Shown here one piece after another: positions 20,045 through 29,989 of a DNA stretch of 64,000 nt. The position numbers and the translations under genes are program-made. This DNA is from a phage: the NCBI GenBank assembly GCA_028909515.1, contig GCA_028909515.1_4811.1. One strand, written 5' to 3'. A model generated the notes under the pieces. It was not told the DNA's origin. It searched no databases and saw nothing but the letters and a program-made list of their open reading frames with translations. Numbering within the stretch: position 1 is the first letter of the stretch; each line of letters opens with the position of its first letter.

Positions 20045-22420
20045 TCAACCTTGCTTCGGTGAATTAGTAGGATTATTGAGTGCTCCATATGCTTGAGAGC
20101 AATCACCCTTCAACCACTCCTTGAATGAGTTTACATCCAATTCGTGAATTGAGTCGAAGCCGTTCCAACCGTTACCAAATGATGCTTGATAAGCTTCTTT
20201 CGCTTCTTCTGCTGAATCAAATCCAAGCATACACTTGTGTTCATCAAATTCGCCAGAATAATTATCATTTTGGTTAATGATGAATACTTTAGGCGACTTC
20301 ATATTTGGCCCAACAAAGCAGTCGACTTCATCACCATCAGCACCCTTGGTGCCTTTGATGAATCCGTAGTGGTGCGGCATCTTAACTGCCCATTCACCAT
20401 CAAGGCTGTTTCCCCTACGAATGCTGTTGCGAGGATTCTCAATACCAAGAATCATCCCGTGCAACTTCATCTTAGGTAGCGATGCGGCATCCATCTTCCC
20501 TACGTTGTGTCGCAAGTTGACGACATTTCCTTTTACGCTTGGAAGCGTGGACGGTTGCACCGACCTTGCATCTTTTTGAGGGTCAAAATCCACATCCTGA
20601 CCTTCTTTAAGGTAATAGTCAGCAATACCCTCCAGACCTTCTTTCAGTTGCGTTAGGACATCAACGTGATGGCTTGATTCATCATCGGTATCATCCATGT
20701 TAATCTCAACTGGTGCTCTGTCAGGGTTTTCTGCCAACTCACCACGCGCGGCACCTTCCGGCATAATACCAGTTTCGCTGTAGAACTGGCCGCCCATCTT
20801 GACAACGTCAGCCTTAGCCTGTTCAATATCGGCCTTGCCTTGCAGAACTTCACCAGCAGACTTGCCAAGCAACGCCATATTCTCTGGAGACATCCCTGGG
20901 GTTTCTTCTGCCGCGTCTTCCGGCAAACGGTTGTAGCCACTGTTTTTGTCGTCCTTGATGCGGTCGCGCTCTTCATCAGGGGAGATGACGCCAGCATCAA
21001 TGAGAGTCTTGCCAGTGTTCGCTCGTTTGTCGTTAATCTCTGCAAGCTGAGTAGCAGTAAGTGAACCAACTGGCTCCCATGCCACTTTAACGTCGACTTC
21101 AACACCTTCAGATTTCAAAAGGATTTTATAGTGACGGTCAAGAATCTTCGTCAAATCGTGCTGCTGACAAGTTTCCAATTCTTCGTGATAGCTGACCATT
21201 TCGAACTCACCAGTGGCGTTAAAGCCTTTAGGTGAAGTCCCTAACAGTTTTGTCGACGGAACTTTTGCGATTGCGGCCACCAACTGGTACTGGTTCATGA
21301 TGATGCTGTCGAAGTCTGACAAGTTGATGTCAAACTGGTCCATCTCTTCTTTCTGACCAAGCACTTTTACCGCATAGTTGTCGCGGTACTTAATCCACAT
21401 CATCAAACGTTCGGCAAACGACCGCTCATTGGCAATCGCCTTGTCAACGTCGGTCCGCAGCGTGGTTGTACGCTTAGACATCGCCAGCAATGGCGCTTCG
21501 TTAGCGGTACGTTCAGCGGCATAGATACGTTCATAAATCTGCTGAGTCAGAGGAATGCCGCCGTATATATAAGTCGGCTTGAGAATATCAGCTGGCTCAT
21601 CGTTGCGCAAGATGATTAGGTGGCTGCGATGATAACGCTGTCCACTGATCACCCAGTATTCTGGATCATAGAAATGCTGTGACGCAGGGTCTGCAGTGTT
21701 TTCAGACGTCAAGAATGGCATCATCCAATAAGGGTCAACCTGAATGATTCCCTTATAAGACCCCTTTGTCACACCATCGATGTTAAAAGGTTTGCTATAA
21801 TATTCTGGGTCATCGCTGCGCACATCAAATATGATGACACGGATGCCAAAAATATTCTTGAATCGTTCGGCTTCAACTAAGTGCTCTTTGATGTTAAATT
21901 CTTTATCAATTTGCTTCAGGCGTTCGCTTGCCTGCACAGACAATTCTGATTCAGAGCTTGATTTTACTTCCCAACCTTTACGTACTGCATCGCGGCCTAC
22001 CATTGAGCAAGCCTTATTCACCAGCCAGTGCTGCGCGATAATTGCGCAAGCTTGATAGCCGATGAATGATTGTGACAAGTACCAGTTTTGCAACTGAATA
22101 GGGACTGTGTATGGATTCACCTGCCCTTCTGAACTGATGTTCTTCAAAGCATTATCCATAACTTTTTTGGATACGGTTGCTGAATCTACTGAGCGACCTT
22201 TGATGATTGCAACACCGTCTCCGTTGATATCAGGCTCATATAAAGGGAAGTCATCAACCGTTTTAAAGGTCGGTCGATTGCTTTCAGTCTTTTCCCAGCG
22301 TTGACCGCTGCCGCGCCTTTCAAGGCGTTCAAACGGTGCCAATGGGTCGCCTGGCGGCATCTCCGCTGGTTCGGCTTCTGGTTGCGTCTTCTCCCAGAGT
22401 TTTATGCCAAGAATTTTCAT
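20045..22420 (-). CDS. Portal protein with a pyrophosphatase-like C-terminal domain
   Basis: Large ORF between terminase and the MuF-like gene. ATG at 22420 with AGGTGG upstream (track gives a TTG at 22453). C-terminus contains HHYGFIKGTKGADGDEVDCFVGP. Confidence 0.6.
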   Translation of the reverse strand: MKILGIKLWEKTQPEAEPAEMPPGDPLAPFERLERRGSGQRWEKTESNRPTFKTVDDFPLYEPDINGDGVAIIKGRSVDSATVSKKVMDNALKNISSEGQVNPYTVPIQLQNWYLSQSFIGYQACAIIAQHWLVNKACSMVGRDAVRKGWEVKSSSESELSVQASERLKQIDKEFNIKEHLVEAERFKNIFGIRVIIFDVRSDDPEYYSKPFNIDGVTKGSYKGIIQVDPYWMMPFLTSENTADPASQHFYDPEYWVISGQRYHRSHLIILRNDEPADILKPTYIYGGIPLTQQIYERIYAAERTANEAPLLAMSKRTTTLRTDVDKAIANERSFAERLMMWIKYRDNYAVKVLGQKEEMDQFDINLSDFDSIIMNQYQLVAAIAKVPSTKLLGTSPKGFNATGEFEMVSYHEELETCQQHDLTKILDRHYKILLKSEGVEVDVKVAWEPVGSLTATQLAEINDKRANTGKTLIDAGVISPDEERDRIKDDKNSGYNRLPEDAAEETPGMSPENMALLGKSAGEVLQGKADIEQAKADVVKMGGQFYSETGIMPEGAARGELAENPDRAPVEINMDDTDDESSHHVDVLTQLKEGLEGIADYYLKEGQDVDFDPQKDARSVQPSTLPSVKGNVVNLRHNVGKMDAASLPKMKLHGMILGIENPRNSIRRGNSLDGEWAVKMPHHYGFIKGTKGADGDEVDCFVGPNMKSPKVFIINQNDNYSGEFDEHKCMLGFDSAEEAKEAYQASFGNGWNGFDSIHELDVNSFKEWLKGDCSQAYGALNNPTNSPKQG

Positions 22421-22582
22421 TGTTAACGCCACCTGACAGTGAAAGGGAATCAATCTATATTATAAATATTCATGTGTTTGTAAGCAAATGATATGTATAG
22501 TAATCATAAATAGTTCATAAAATATTTTGCTTTTGTATCATTTTGAGTTATATTTTAGTTAACCAAACGAAAGGAGATTGAA

Positions 22583-22999
22583 ATGAGCACAACAATTGTA
22601 TTTGTCGTCCTTCATCAAGGCGAAGTAGTAAACGTATGCGAATATGAAGAGCTGGCAAAAGCCACTGCTGCGCGATATGAAGGTGCCACAGTTGACCCTT
22701 GGATTTTGGATGCGCGAAACGTGTTGCAGGCGACCATGGATGAATGGCTTTTAGGTCGCAAGGTGTATCCGGTTGAAAACATCGAATCCATTCAAGGCGA
22801 AACGGTATACTTTGAAGATGAATGCGTTCGCGGCATTGGTAAATTTATGGGATTGTGCCCATCTTCATCCAAAAATAAATTTTATCGTATTCAAGTTGAA
22901 GAAAACGATATGTTTGACAAAGTAACGCGCTCGATTGTTCCTGGCGGCGGCACTCCAATCTTTATGGCAGAATCAGACATCAAGGGGATTATCAAATGA
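22583..22999 (+). CDS. Hypothetical protein (moron in the late module)
   Basis: 138 aa. Strong AAAGGAGA site 6 nt before the ATG. Opposite strand to the flanking portal and terminase genes. Confidence 0.5.
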   Translation: MSTTIVFVVLHQGEVVNVCEYEELAKATAARYEGATVDPWILDARNVLQATMDEWLLGRKVYPVENIESIQGETVYFEDECVRGIGKFMGLCPSSSKNKFYRIQVEENDMFDKVTRSIVPGGGTPIFMAESDIKGIIK

Positions 23000-23235
23000 G
23001 AACGTTAACCGAACTCGATGTTTTGAAAGACGTTGCAGCCGCGCTAGGCGTAGAAGTATCCGAAAAGGCGACACTAGGTGCTTTGCGTCGGGATTTACTC
23101 GAAGCCGTTGACCGCAACGATTTTGACCGTAAGTGTATGCAAAAGAAGATTCGTCAGGCGGTAAGAGCGGGTAAGCGATTCCGTGCCAGGTCATTTGCTG
23201 CAAGAAAACTCGACCTTCAGCACGGAATGCTTTGA
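22996..23235 (+). CDS. Hypothetical small basic protein (moron)
   Basis: 79 aa, Arg/Lys-rich, start overlaps the stop of the 22583 gene. Confidence 0.4.
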   Translation: MRTLTELDVLKDVAAALGVEVSEKATLGALRRDLLEAVDRNDFDRKCMQKKIRQAVRAGKRFRARSFAARKLDLQHGML

Positions 23236-23238
23236 TTG

Positions 23239-24699
23239 TTAAAGGTTAGAGAAGAAGCCGGATGCTGCAACGATTGGTTTCATCAATGCCATGATTGCTG
23301 CGTCCGCTTTGTTAGGTGATTTAACTCCACGCTTTGCCATGTCCTTTTTGGATTCAACTTTGAACTTGCCAAGAACAGACGTATCTTTGCGCGGCGCTGA
23401 CATCTCAAAAAGAAACGTCTCAATCTCTTCAGTAGTCCAAGCTGGAATTCCAAGTTCTGGTATGCCATCTGTGTCAATTGAAATCAACTCATCAGTCGGA
23501 TATACGGCCTGCCCAGTCGCATACTCGTATGTCTTTCTGAATCTCTCTGCAATCTCAGTCCACTTTTGCGCTTTTATGTTTGCGAAATGGTCTTTATTGA
23601 GTATTTCAACGTGTGGTAGTTCAAGAAAAACGTCATCAGGATCATCAACAGACCCTTGCGCGTTGAACGCATTAAATTCGATTCTTGGAAATGATGGATT
23701 TTCATGTATCGCATACTCGTTTAGTTCATCAAATTTTGAACCAGCAAAAGCGCCGACACCGATGGCGTCATAAGTTATAGAAGCGCCAAATGTAAGCGCA
23801 TCTTTCCAAACTCCGCTTGCCGATTTCAACAATTCATCTTCCAGACCTTCCCATGTCTTGATGCCGCGCAATACGTTTCCTGTAACGAATGCAGTGGCGT
23901 TAAGGTCGTCGCCATCGTCCGCTACGTCAAAGCCTATACGGTTAGACCCTGACAAACTCCAACCCAGCGTAGGGTGTTTGTGGAGGTTAAGCGCGGCCTT
24001 AACGAATGCGCGGTTGATTACAGATTTATCGCCGCCAGTCTTCGGCACGCCGCCATAAACGTGCTCTGCCTTTTTCGGGTCACGCTCGTACATGCCTGCA
24101 ATAACGTCCAGCATTGTTTGCGACAAGAATGGATTGTCTTGCCAGTTTATCTTTTTGACAATGGCATTCTTCGGCGGTCGCATGACAAAGTTTTGATAGA
24201 CGAAATCGGCCTCTTCATCAGGGTTAAAGATAATCCATATTTCGGACCCTTCTTTACGGATTGTCGGCTCAATAATGTCCCACTGTTCTTCAGTAAGCGC
24301 GTGCGCTTCTTCCAGCCAAAGAACATCAACGCCTTCTGTTGATTTGATTTCATCAACGTTACGTGCGATACCATAAAATAGAAATTCAGATTTAGTTCTT
24401 TTGTGTTCGATAGAGTTCTTTAATAAATTGAACTCATCTTTAAAATCAGAAATCTCTATTTTGTCTTTTAATAGAGTATATACAGATTCAGAAATCTTGT
24501 TCTGGAATTGTCGAACGCAAAGGAATTTTAATTTGAAGTTTGCCGCCAAATAAATAGCAAAACCAGCGGCATCGTGCGATTTGGAAGATGCACGACCGCC
24601 GTATATTACTTTGTATCGCGCTTTTGTCTTCCAGACTTCTTTTAAAGCAGGATTCAACTGGTACATGAATTTCCAATTATGTGTTAATATTTTATTCAT
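23239..24699 (-). CDS. Terminase large subunit
   Basis: 486 aa. Walker A VIYGGRASSKS and Walker B-like VLWLEEA in the N-terminal ATPase; acidic nuclease-like C-terminal half. Confidence 0.85.
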   Translation of the reverse strand: MNKILTHNWKFMYQLNPALKEVWKTKARYKVIYGGRASSKSHDAAGFAIYLAANFKLKFLCVRQFQNKISESVYTLLKDKIEISDFKDEFNLLKNSIEHKRTKSEFLFYGIARNVDEIKSTEGVDVLWLEEAHALTEEQWDIIEPTIRKEGSEIWIIFNPDEEADFVYQNFVMRPPKNAIVKKINWQDNPFLSQTMLDVIAGMYERDPKKAEHVYGGVPKTGGDKSVINRAFVKAALNLHKHPTLGWSLSGSNRIGFDVADDGDDLNATAFVTGNVLRGIKTWEGLEDELLKSASGVWKDALTFGASITYDAIGVGAFAGSKFDELNEYAIHENPSFPRIEFNAFNAQGSVDDPDDVFLELPHVEILNKDHFANIKAQKWTEIAERFRKTYEYATGQAVYPTDELISIDTDGIPELGIPAWTTEEIETFLFEMSAPRKDTSVLGKFKVESKKDMAKRGVKSPNKADAAIMALMKPIVAASGFFSNL

Positions 24700-24775
24700 A
24701 TTATAGTTTGCTTGTACAAGCTATATCAAGTAAAATTATGATTCCAGCTTAGTAGTGGATAAAGGGTGATCTTTC

Positions 24776-24802
24776 GGCCAGATTTTTTCTGGCCATTTTT
24801 TT
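24776..24802 (+). terminator. Rho-independent terminator-like hairpin
   Basis: GGCCAG, 7 nt loop, CTGGCC, then ATTTTTTT. Lies in the divergent region between terminase and the plus-strand operon. Confidence 0.5.
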
Positions 24803-24822
24803 GATTAAAATTCACAAAAAGT

Positions 24823-24850
24823 TTGCCTTTCTGAAACTCTGCGTTATAAT
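24823..24850 (+). promoter_or_regulatory. Sigma70-like promoter for the plus-strand operon
   Basis: TTGCCT, 16 nt spacer, TATAAT, then GGAGGT site and ATG at 24877. Confidence 0.5.
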
Positions 24851-24876
24851 CATATTAACTCAAAACCGGAGGTAAT

Positions 24877-25092
24877 ATGAAACTCATCGACCGTGCCATC
24901 AAAGCCATAGATAACCATTCCACAGCTATTGCATTCGTAATGGGATTCTGTTTTACTGCTGCGTTTGGCGACGTTCACACATTCAAGTCTGTCATCTTGT
25001 GCTGGTCTATCTGGTCCCTCATTTCTCTGGTTTTGATTCTTCCGATGACGTGGCTTGTCCTTACTTGTCTGGAATCTCAAGGTGAAGACTGA
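24877..25092 (+). CDS. Small membrane protein, holin-like topology
   Basis: 71 aa with two hydrophobic segments and a charged C-terminus. GGAGGT site. Confidence 0.45.
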   Translation: MKLIDRAIKAIDNHSTAIAFVMGFCFTAAFGDVHTFKSVILCWSIWSLISLVLILPMTWLVLTCLESQGED

Positions 25093-25313
25093 TGAGACTA
25101 TCAATCAAAGAGCGGGCAAAACGGCCCAAAAGGAGTGAGTCAAAAGCTAAATACACGTGCATAGGCGGTCCATTCGACGGGCAGCCTATATGGCTTTCAA
25201 AATCTAATCCATCGACGGTTGAATTCAGCCTTCATGGAATGCGCGGCAGATACCTGCTAAACAGAGAAACAAGCGTCAGTACATTTGTGGAGTGGAAAGA
25301 AAATGGCAAGTGA
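25092..25313 (+). CDS. Hypothetical protein
   Basis: 73 aa basic ORF, start overlaps the upstream stop. Confidence 0.4.
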   Translation: MRLSIKERAKRPKRSESKAKYTCIGGPFDGQPIWLSKSNPSTVEFSLHGMRGRYLLNRETSVSTFVEWKENGK

Positions 25314-25536
25314 ATTAACTTTAAAAGTACCAAAAGAAGTGCTAGATAAGGCATATGCAGATTCTGTAAAAGAATTGGCCGTGGTGCTTGGGATTGAAAA
25401 TGAATTTAACGTTCAATTGCAATTCCTTAAGGACACGCTTCAAATTAAAGAGAATAGAGAAGTTGGAAGCGGTGCGCCTTTAGCTCTGGCAATCCTCTAT
25501 GCGGGTCTGATTTTGCAATCTGGAGATGAACTGTGA
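25303..25536 (+). CDS. Hypothetical protein with hydrophobic C-terminus
   Basis: Internal ATG (MASELTLKV) chosen over the track start at 25285. Confidence 0.35.
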   Translation: MASELTLKVPKEVLDKAYADSVKELAVVLGIENEFNVQLQFLKDTLQIKENREVGSGAPLALAILYAGLILQSGDEL

Positions 25537-25731
25537 ATCGTTGGTGTAGTTGGAAGCTGAAACGACTCGCCTGGGCCAATGCCGCCAATTCTGCTGGGGT
25601 TATCACCGCTGGCGTTGGTTCGGTATGGGATGGCGAAGGCCGTTGGGATTCGCTGTGTGGCACGCGCCTATTCTTTCGCGTAAAATAATTATCACCCTTC
25701 CCGATATGGGAAGGGAATTAAAGAGGTTATC

Positions 25732-26073
25732 ATGAACAACACTTTATCACAACTGTTAATCTGGACTATCGCCGCTATCATCGGCACCGTTATTATGATG
25801 TCAAGTGCAAAGGCTGAAACGGATATTTGCGGCAGACTGATTTCTGAAAACGGCGAAATTTATTATGGCAACTCAAAAGGTGATTACATATCACCTGAAG
25901 TTTGCGCTCAGAAGAAAGCAGAGCTGCAAAAGCAGTATCATGAAGATCAATCTATATCTCAAGCCACGCTGATTGAATTAAGTATATCAGCCATCATCTT
26001 TCTAATCGTTTTTATGCTCATTATTAAACCAAATAATGGCAGCCATCGTCATATTCCTCTCAAAAGAAATTAA
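25732..26073 (+). CDS. Membrane or secreted protein
   Basis: 113 aa. Signal-peptide-like N-terminus and a C-terminal hydrophobic segment. Confidence 0.5.
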   Translation: MNNTLSQLLIWTIAAIIGTVIMMSSAKAETDICGRLISENGEIYYGNSKGDYISPEVCAQKKAELQKQYHEDQSISQATLIELSISAIIFLIVFMLIIKPNNGSHRHIPLKRN

Positions 26074-26111
26074 GGTTATAATACGGTTGTCGACAAAACG
26101 AGGACCGTAAA

Positions 26112-28499
26112 ATGCCAAGGCTAATATTCAAAAACAACTTTGAGGTCGCGCTTGCCCAGCCAACGACGACTTCAGACACCACCATCACAATTCGCTCAGG
26201 GTCGGGCTTTCCGACCTTGGGCGCAAACGAGCGTGTAGTGGCGACAATAGTCGACGCTGCGACAGGCCTCCAATTCGAAATCATCACAGTAACCGCCGTC
26301 GTCGGTGATGTCCTGACCGTTCAGCGTGCACAGGAAGGGACTGCAGCGCGTGCATGGGCTGCTGGTGATTTGCTTTCCATTCGAACTACTGCTGCATCTT
26401 TGACCAACACCGTCCGAAATTACGGCGCAATGCCATCAGGCATCAACTTGAATGCTCTTACAGGAAGTTGGTTTGGACAGTATTATCAGCCAGTAAGCTC
26501 AAATGCGCCAACAAACTTGAACTACCCAATAGCAGAGGCTGGCGTTTTACAAGTACTTCAAACTTCTGCAAATGGTTCAGAAAGCTGCATCCAAATATAT
26601 ACCACTTTTCAAAATAACATCACATTCCAAAGGACTTTTGTTGAATTATCAAGTTCATGGTCTAACTGGTCGAGAATAAGAAGGTTTACCGACATAGTAG
26701 GCATAGAGGCTGGCGGAACAGGTCAAACAACCATTCAGGGGATGAAGTCTGCTTTTGGATTCGGAACAGTCGCTGATCAAGACATCGTTCCAACTTCCAT
26801 GGGCGGCACAGGGTCAGCCGACAACGCGCAAGCATGGTTGAATATTCGCCCTCAAGGTTCAACGCCGCTTGCTGGCGACCCAGTGAATGATTATGATGCC
26901 GCGACCAAGCGTTGGGTAGAGAACTTGGTGAACACAGGCACCGTTGGCCCAAGCATGAACGGTGTAATGAACTATGGCGTCGGCGACTTCCACTTGCGTG
27001 ACAGTCGTGCATACATTCAACCATACGAAGTTGTTGCCGATGGGCAGTTGTTAAACCGCGCTGACTGGCCTGAGCTTTGGGCTTATGCGCAAATGCTTAC
27101 GCCTATTGCTGATGCCGACTGGCTTGCTGACCCACTTAAGCGCGGCAAGTATTCTTCAGGCAACGGCACAACAACATTCCGTGTACCAGACCGTAACGGT
27201 GTTCAGACAGGCAGCGTCAGAGCGCTATTTGCGCGCGGTGATGGCGGCAACTCGTCGAACGACGGAATGATCATGGAATCCTTCCTGCCAAACATCACTG
27301 GCAGCATCAACTTCCACGGGTCCGGCCCTGCAAGTGAACCAGGATCGGGAACGGTTGTCGCAAGTGCTGGCGGCGCATTCGTCAATGGAGAAGGATTCAC
27401 CATTCCGCGATATGTTAGAGGCGTTTCGCTTTTAAGTTCTGGTGCGAACTCTTTGGGAAGCGTTGCGCTAAGAGCTTCTAACTCAAGCCCAGCTTACGGT
27501 CGTAACAACCTTGCAACAGATGAAGTATTGCCGCGCAACTTTTCAGGCGTTTGGGTTATTCGTGCATCTGGTGGATTTGTTGCTGCTAAAACTTCTTGGG
27601 AGGTTGTGAACGGTGACTCAGTTCTTCCAGGCCCAGGTACCACTGTTGACGGCGGCGAAGTAAAATCAAAATATAATGTTGGAACGACTCTGCAAGCCCA
27701 ATTTAGTATGCGCGCACGCGCAGACGTTGGCGGGAACTATTATGGGCGTTTGAGCGTTTATAATGCTGCAAAAAGCGTCACCACTGTATATGATTTTGAC
27801 GATACTGGTGCTATCACGCTTCCTCAAAACGCGTCAATAAGATCAGGGTCGATGAAATTCGACTTTGCCCAATCCACAGGCGAAGTGTATTGCGCCACCT
27901 CAAGATTGCGCGTCGCCCCGTTATCAGGCGGCCAAACGATGGGTATTACATCGCTCGGCGGCGGAGGCTTGCCTGCTGAAAGTGCCTGGTTCGAGCACTG
28001 GGGCAATAGCACAAGCGGAGGTTCAGACAGAACGCGAGCGACAGTGGTTGAGTGCAAGGTTGGTGCTGATTACATGTGGTACTCGCAAAAGTTGACCACA
28101 GGAGCAAAAGAGTTGCGCGTCAACGGCGCTTGCATCGCAACGGCATTCACACAATCATCTGACAGAGACTTGAAAGAAAACATCCAAGTCATTCCAGATG
28201 CAACGGCAGCTTTGAGAAAGATGAGCGGCTATACATACACCTTAAAAGAGGATGGCATGCCGCATGCTGGTGTCATAGCGCAAGAAGCAATGGAAGCGAT
28301 TCCAGAGGCTGTCGGCTCTCAATATAAATATCCAGAAGGTGATGAAGAAGGACTAATCCCTGAAAGATATTACACCGTTGACTATTCTGCAGTCACAGGC
28401 CTTCTGGTTCAAGTTTGTCGTGAAGCTGATGAAAGAATAACGGCGCTTGAAGAGAGGATTGCGAATCTGGAAGCGTTAATAAAAAGTATGGCGAAATAA
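26112..28499 (+). CDS. Tail fiber/spike protein with C-terminal intramolecular chaperone (S74-like) domain
   Basis: 795 aa. C-terminal SDRDLKENIQ...GVIAQEAMEAIPEAV matches the self-cleaving chaperone domain of endosialidase-type fibers. Followed by a terminator. Confidence 0.75.
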   Translation: MPRLIFKNNFEVALAQPTTTSDTTITIRSGSGFPTLGANERVVATIVDAATGLQFEIITVTAVVGDVLTVQRAQEGTAARAWAAGDLLSIRTTAASLTNTVRNYGAMPSGINLNALTGSWFGQYYQPVSSNAPTNLNYPIAEAGVLQVLQTSANGSESCIQIYTTFQNNITFQRTFVELSSSWSNWSRIRRFTDIVGIEAGGTGQTTIQGMKSAFGFGTVADQDIVPTSMGGTGSADNAQAWLNIRPQGSTPLAGDPVNDYDAATKRWVENLVNTGTVGPSMNGVMNYGVGDFHLRDSRAYIQPYEVVADGQLLNRADWPELWAYAQMLTPIADADWLADPLKRGKYSSGNGTTTFRVPDRNGVQTGSVRALFARGDGGNSSNDGMIMESFLPNITGSINFHGSGPASEPGSGTVVASAGGAFVNGEGFTIPRYVRGVSLLSSGANSLGSVALRASNSSPAYGRNNLATDEVLPRNFSGVWVIRASGGFVAAKTSWEVVNGDSVLPGPGTTVDGGEVKSKYNVGTTLQAQFSMRARADVGGNYYGRLSVYNAAKSVTTVYDFDDTGAITLPQNASIRSGSMKFDFAQSTGEVYCATSRLRVAPLSGGQTMGITSLGGGGLPAESAWFEHWGNSTSGGSDRTRATVVECKVGADYMWYSQKLTTGAKELRVNGACIATAFTQSSDRDLKENIQVIPDATAALRKMSGYTYTLKEDGMPHAGVIAQEAMEAIPEAVGSQYKYPEGDEEGLIPERYYTVDYSAVTGLLVQVCREADERITALEERIANLEALIKSMAK

Positions 28500-28507
28500 T
28501 TCACTCA

Positions 28508-28532
28508 AGGCGCTGAAAAGCGCCTTTACTTT
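28508..28532 (+). terminator. Rho-independent terminator
   Basis: AGGCGCT, GAAA loop, AGCGCCT, then TTACTTT. Confidence 0.6.
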
Positions 28533-28580
28533 ATGCGCTATTAAGTTATACTCATTATACGTTAACAAGTGAGGTGTTTT

Positions 28581-28787
28581 ATGGAAATTAAAGTGTTGCC
28601 CGATTTTGTAAAAAGTATCGAAGCCAAAGGCATGACCATCAAGGCCAAAGGCAGTCTCGTTTGCATTGATAAAAAGCAAAGCGATCAAAGTATATCACTT
28701 GATGATATCAAGACTATGCAAAAACTCAACAAGAAAGGTGCTTTGCACGAGTTCTTAACGGATATTGGAGCAGTGGACAATGGATAA
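28581..28787 (+). CDS. Hypothetical protein
   Basis: ATG MEIKVLPDF with a GAGGTG site; track start is 28569. Confidence 0.4.
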   Translation: MEIKVLPDFVKSIEAKGMTIKAKGSLVCIDKKQSDQSISLDDIKTMQKLNKKGALHEFLTDIGAVDNG

Positions 28788-28881
28788 AGAGGCACGACGT
28801 TTTGCATTTTGGGGCACGGTTTGTGTTGTCGCCCTGTTTGGAATTGTTTACGCAATCATCCACGCTGCTGCAGCATGAATT

Positions 28882-29277
28882 ATGATCATTGATATTGAAA
28901 AGGCGCTTAAGCGCGAACTGACACCAGGTGCAACTCCTGGTGAAGAGGCTTATTACCGACCCAAGCCGCAACGCACCAATGATATTCCGGTCGCCAAGCG
29001 TACAGTGAATAAGAACGGCCAGCGGTCGCGACCACGCTCTATCCGGTCCGGTGAGAAGCTGAAAACGATTCGCCAATGTCTACAACGCCTCGAAATCATG
29101 GGTTGTCGCGCTTATATCGACCCTGATGGAAAGGTTTTGGTGAGAATTGGCAATAGTACACATCTGCAAGACGGATTGCCCTGCGGCGAATCCAGACCCA
29201 TAGCGAAGACCGACCGTGTGGCTACTGGCCGCGAAATTGAGGAAAGCTGGTTGGGTGCTTTCTTATTAAAATATTGA
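28882..29277 (+). CDS. Hypothetical protein
   Basis: 131 aa, basic, Pro/Arg-rich N-terminus. Confidence 0.4.
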   Translation: MIIDIEKALKRELTPGATPGEEAYYRPKPQRTNDIPVAKRTVNKNGQRSRPRSIRSGEKLKTIRQCLQRLEIMGCRAYIDPDGKVLVRIGNSTHLQDGLPCGESRPIAKTDRVATGREIEESWLGAFLLKY

Positions 29278-29284
29278 GGTTGAC

Positions 29285-29533
29285 ATGAATCAAAATGAAT
29301 CAGTAGCATTCTTACAATGGCTGGAAGGTGTGGTGGAGTATTACGCTCCAAAAGACCGCTTCATCTTTCAAGGAAAAAGTTACAAGCGCAAAGGGCAGGC
29401 CCAGAAAGCTGCGCGCAAGTACTGGAAAGAAGTTTATTCAGAATTTTTCTCTCAGATGGGAATCATCGGCGCAACGGTGTCCGGCGACCCTGCACAATTG
29501 GTATCGATTGATGAATCCAATCGTCACAATTAA
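29285..29533 (+). CDS. Hypothetical protein
   Basis: 82 aa ORF. Confidence 0.4.
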   Translation: MNQNESVAFLQWLEGVVEYYAPKDRFIFQGKSYKRKGQAQKAARKYWKEVYSEFFSQMGIIGATVSGDPAQLVSIDESNRHN

Positions 29534-29608
29534 TAAATCGATTTGAATGCCGCGCTATGCGGCTTTATTATAGTTATTGTTAATCACCCAAATATTAAAG
29601 GTAATGAT

Positions 29609-29989
29609 ATGTCAAATAAAAATGATTCTATGAGCCACACATATACTAAAGGCAGCGGCACCGCTTTTGGTTCAAGTATGAAAATTGACGCTCCATCTTG
29701 CTATTCTGATGGATTGGAAGTTGGCAACCGTGACTTGACATGGGTTTTACGTCGCCAATCCGATTTAGAAGAGAAGTTGGAAAATATTGAGCGTTCTCTT
29801 GAAAGTCTGCGCGACCAGCTTTTTGGTTGTTCTGGAGATGAGTCAAAACCTGTATCATATGCAGCCAATCGCGGTTTGATTGATAATATGCTTGCTATTA
29901 CCGCTCGATCAATTGGTAAAACTGTGTCCATTGAATCATTGATCAGCCAGATTGCGGATGGCTTTGGTGATGCCCATAAGAGTGAGTAG
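29609..29989 (+). CDS. Hypothetical protein
   Basis: Internal ATG (MSNKNDS) chosen over the track start at 29543. Confidence 0.4.
   Translation: MSNKNDSMSHTYTKGSGTAFGSSMKIDAPSCYSDGLEVGNRDLTWVLRRQSDLEEKLENIERSLESLRDQLFGCSGDESKPVSYAANRGLIDNMLAITARSIGKTVSIESLISQIADGFGDAHKSE

Noticed and set aside
20653-21105. 150 aa minus-strand ORF within the portal region and other short ORFs antisense to large genes (terminase, polymerase, helicase, ligase)
   Set aside because: Each is nested in or antisense to a long ORF with recognisable motifs, with no independent start signal.
25550-25735. 61 aa Trp/Arg-rich plus-strand ORF
   Set aside because: Composition looks like an out-of-frame artifact. A 51 aa GTG-initiated ORF at about 25533-25688 is possible but unsupported.
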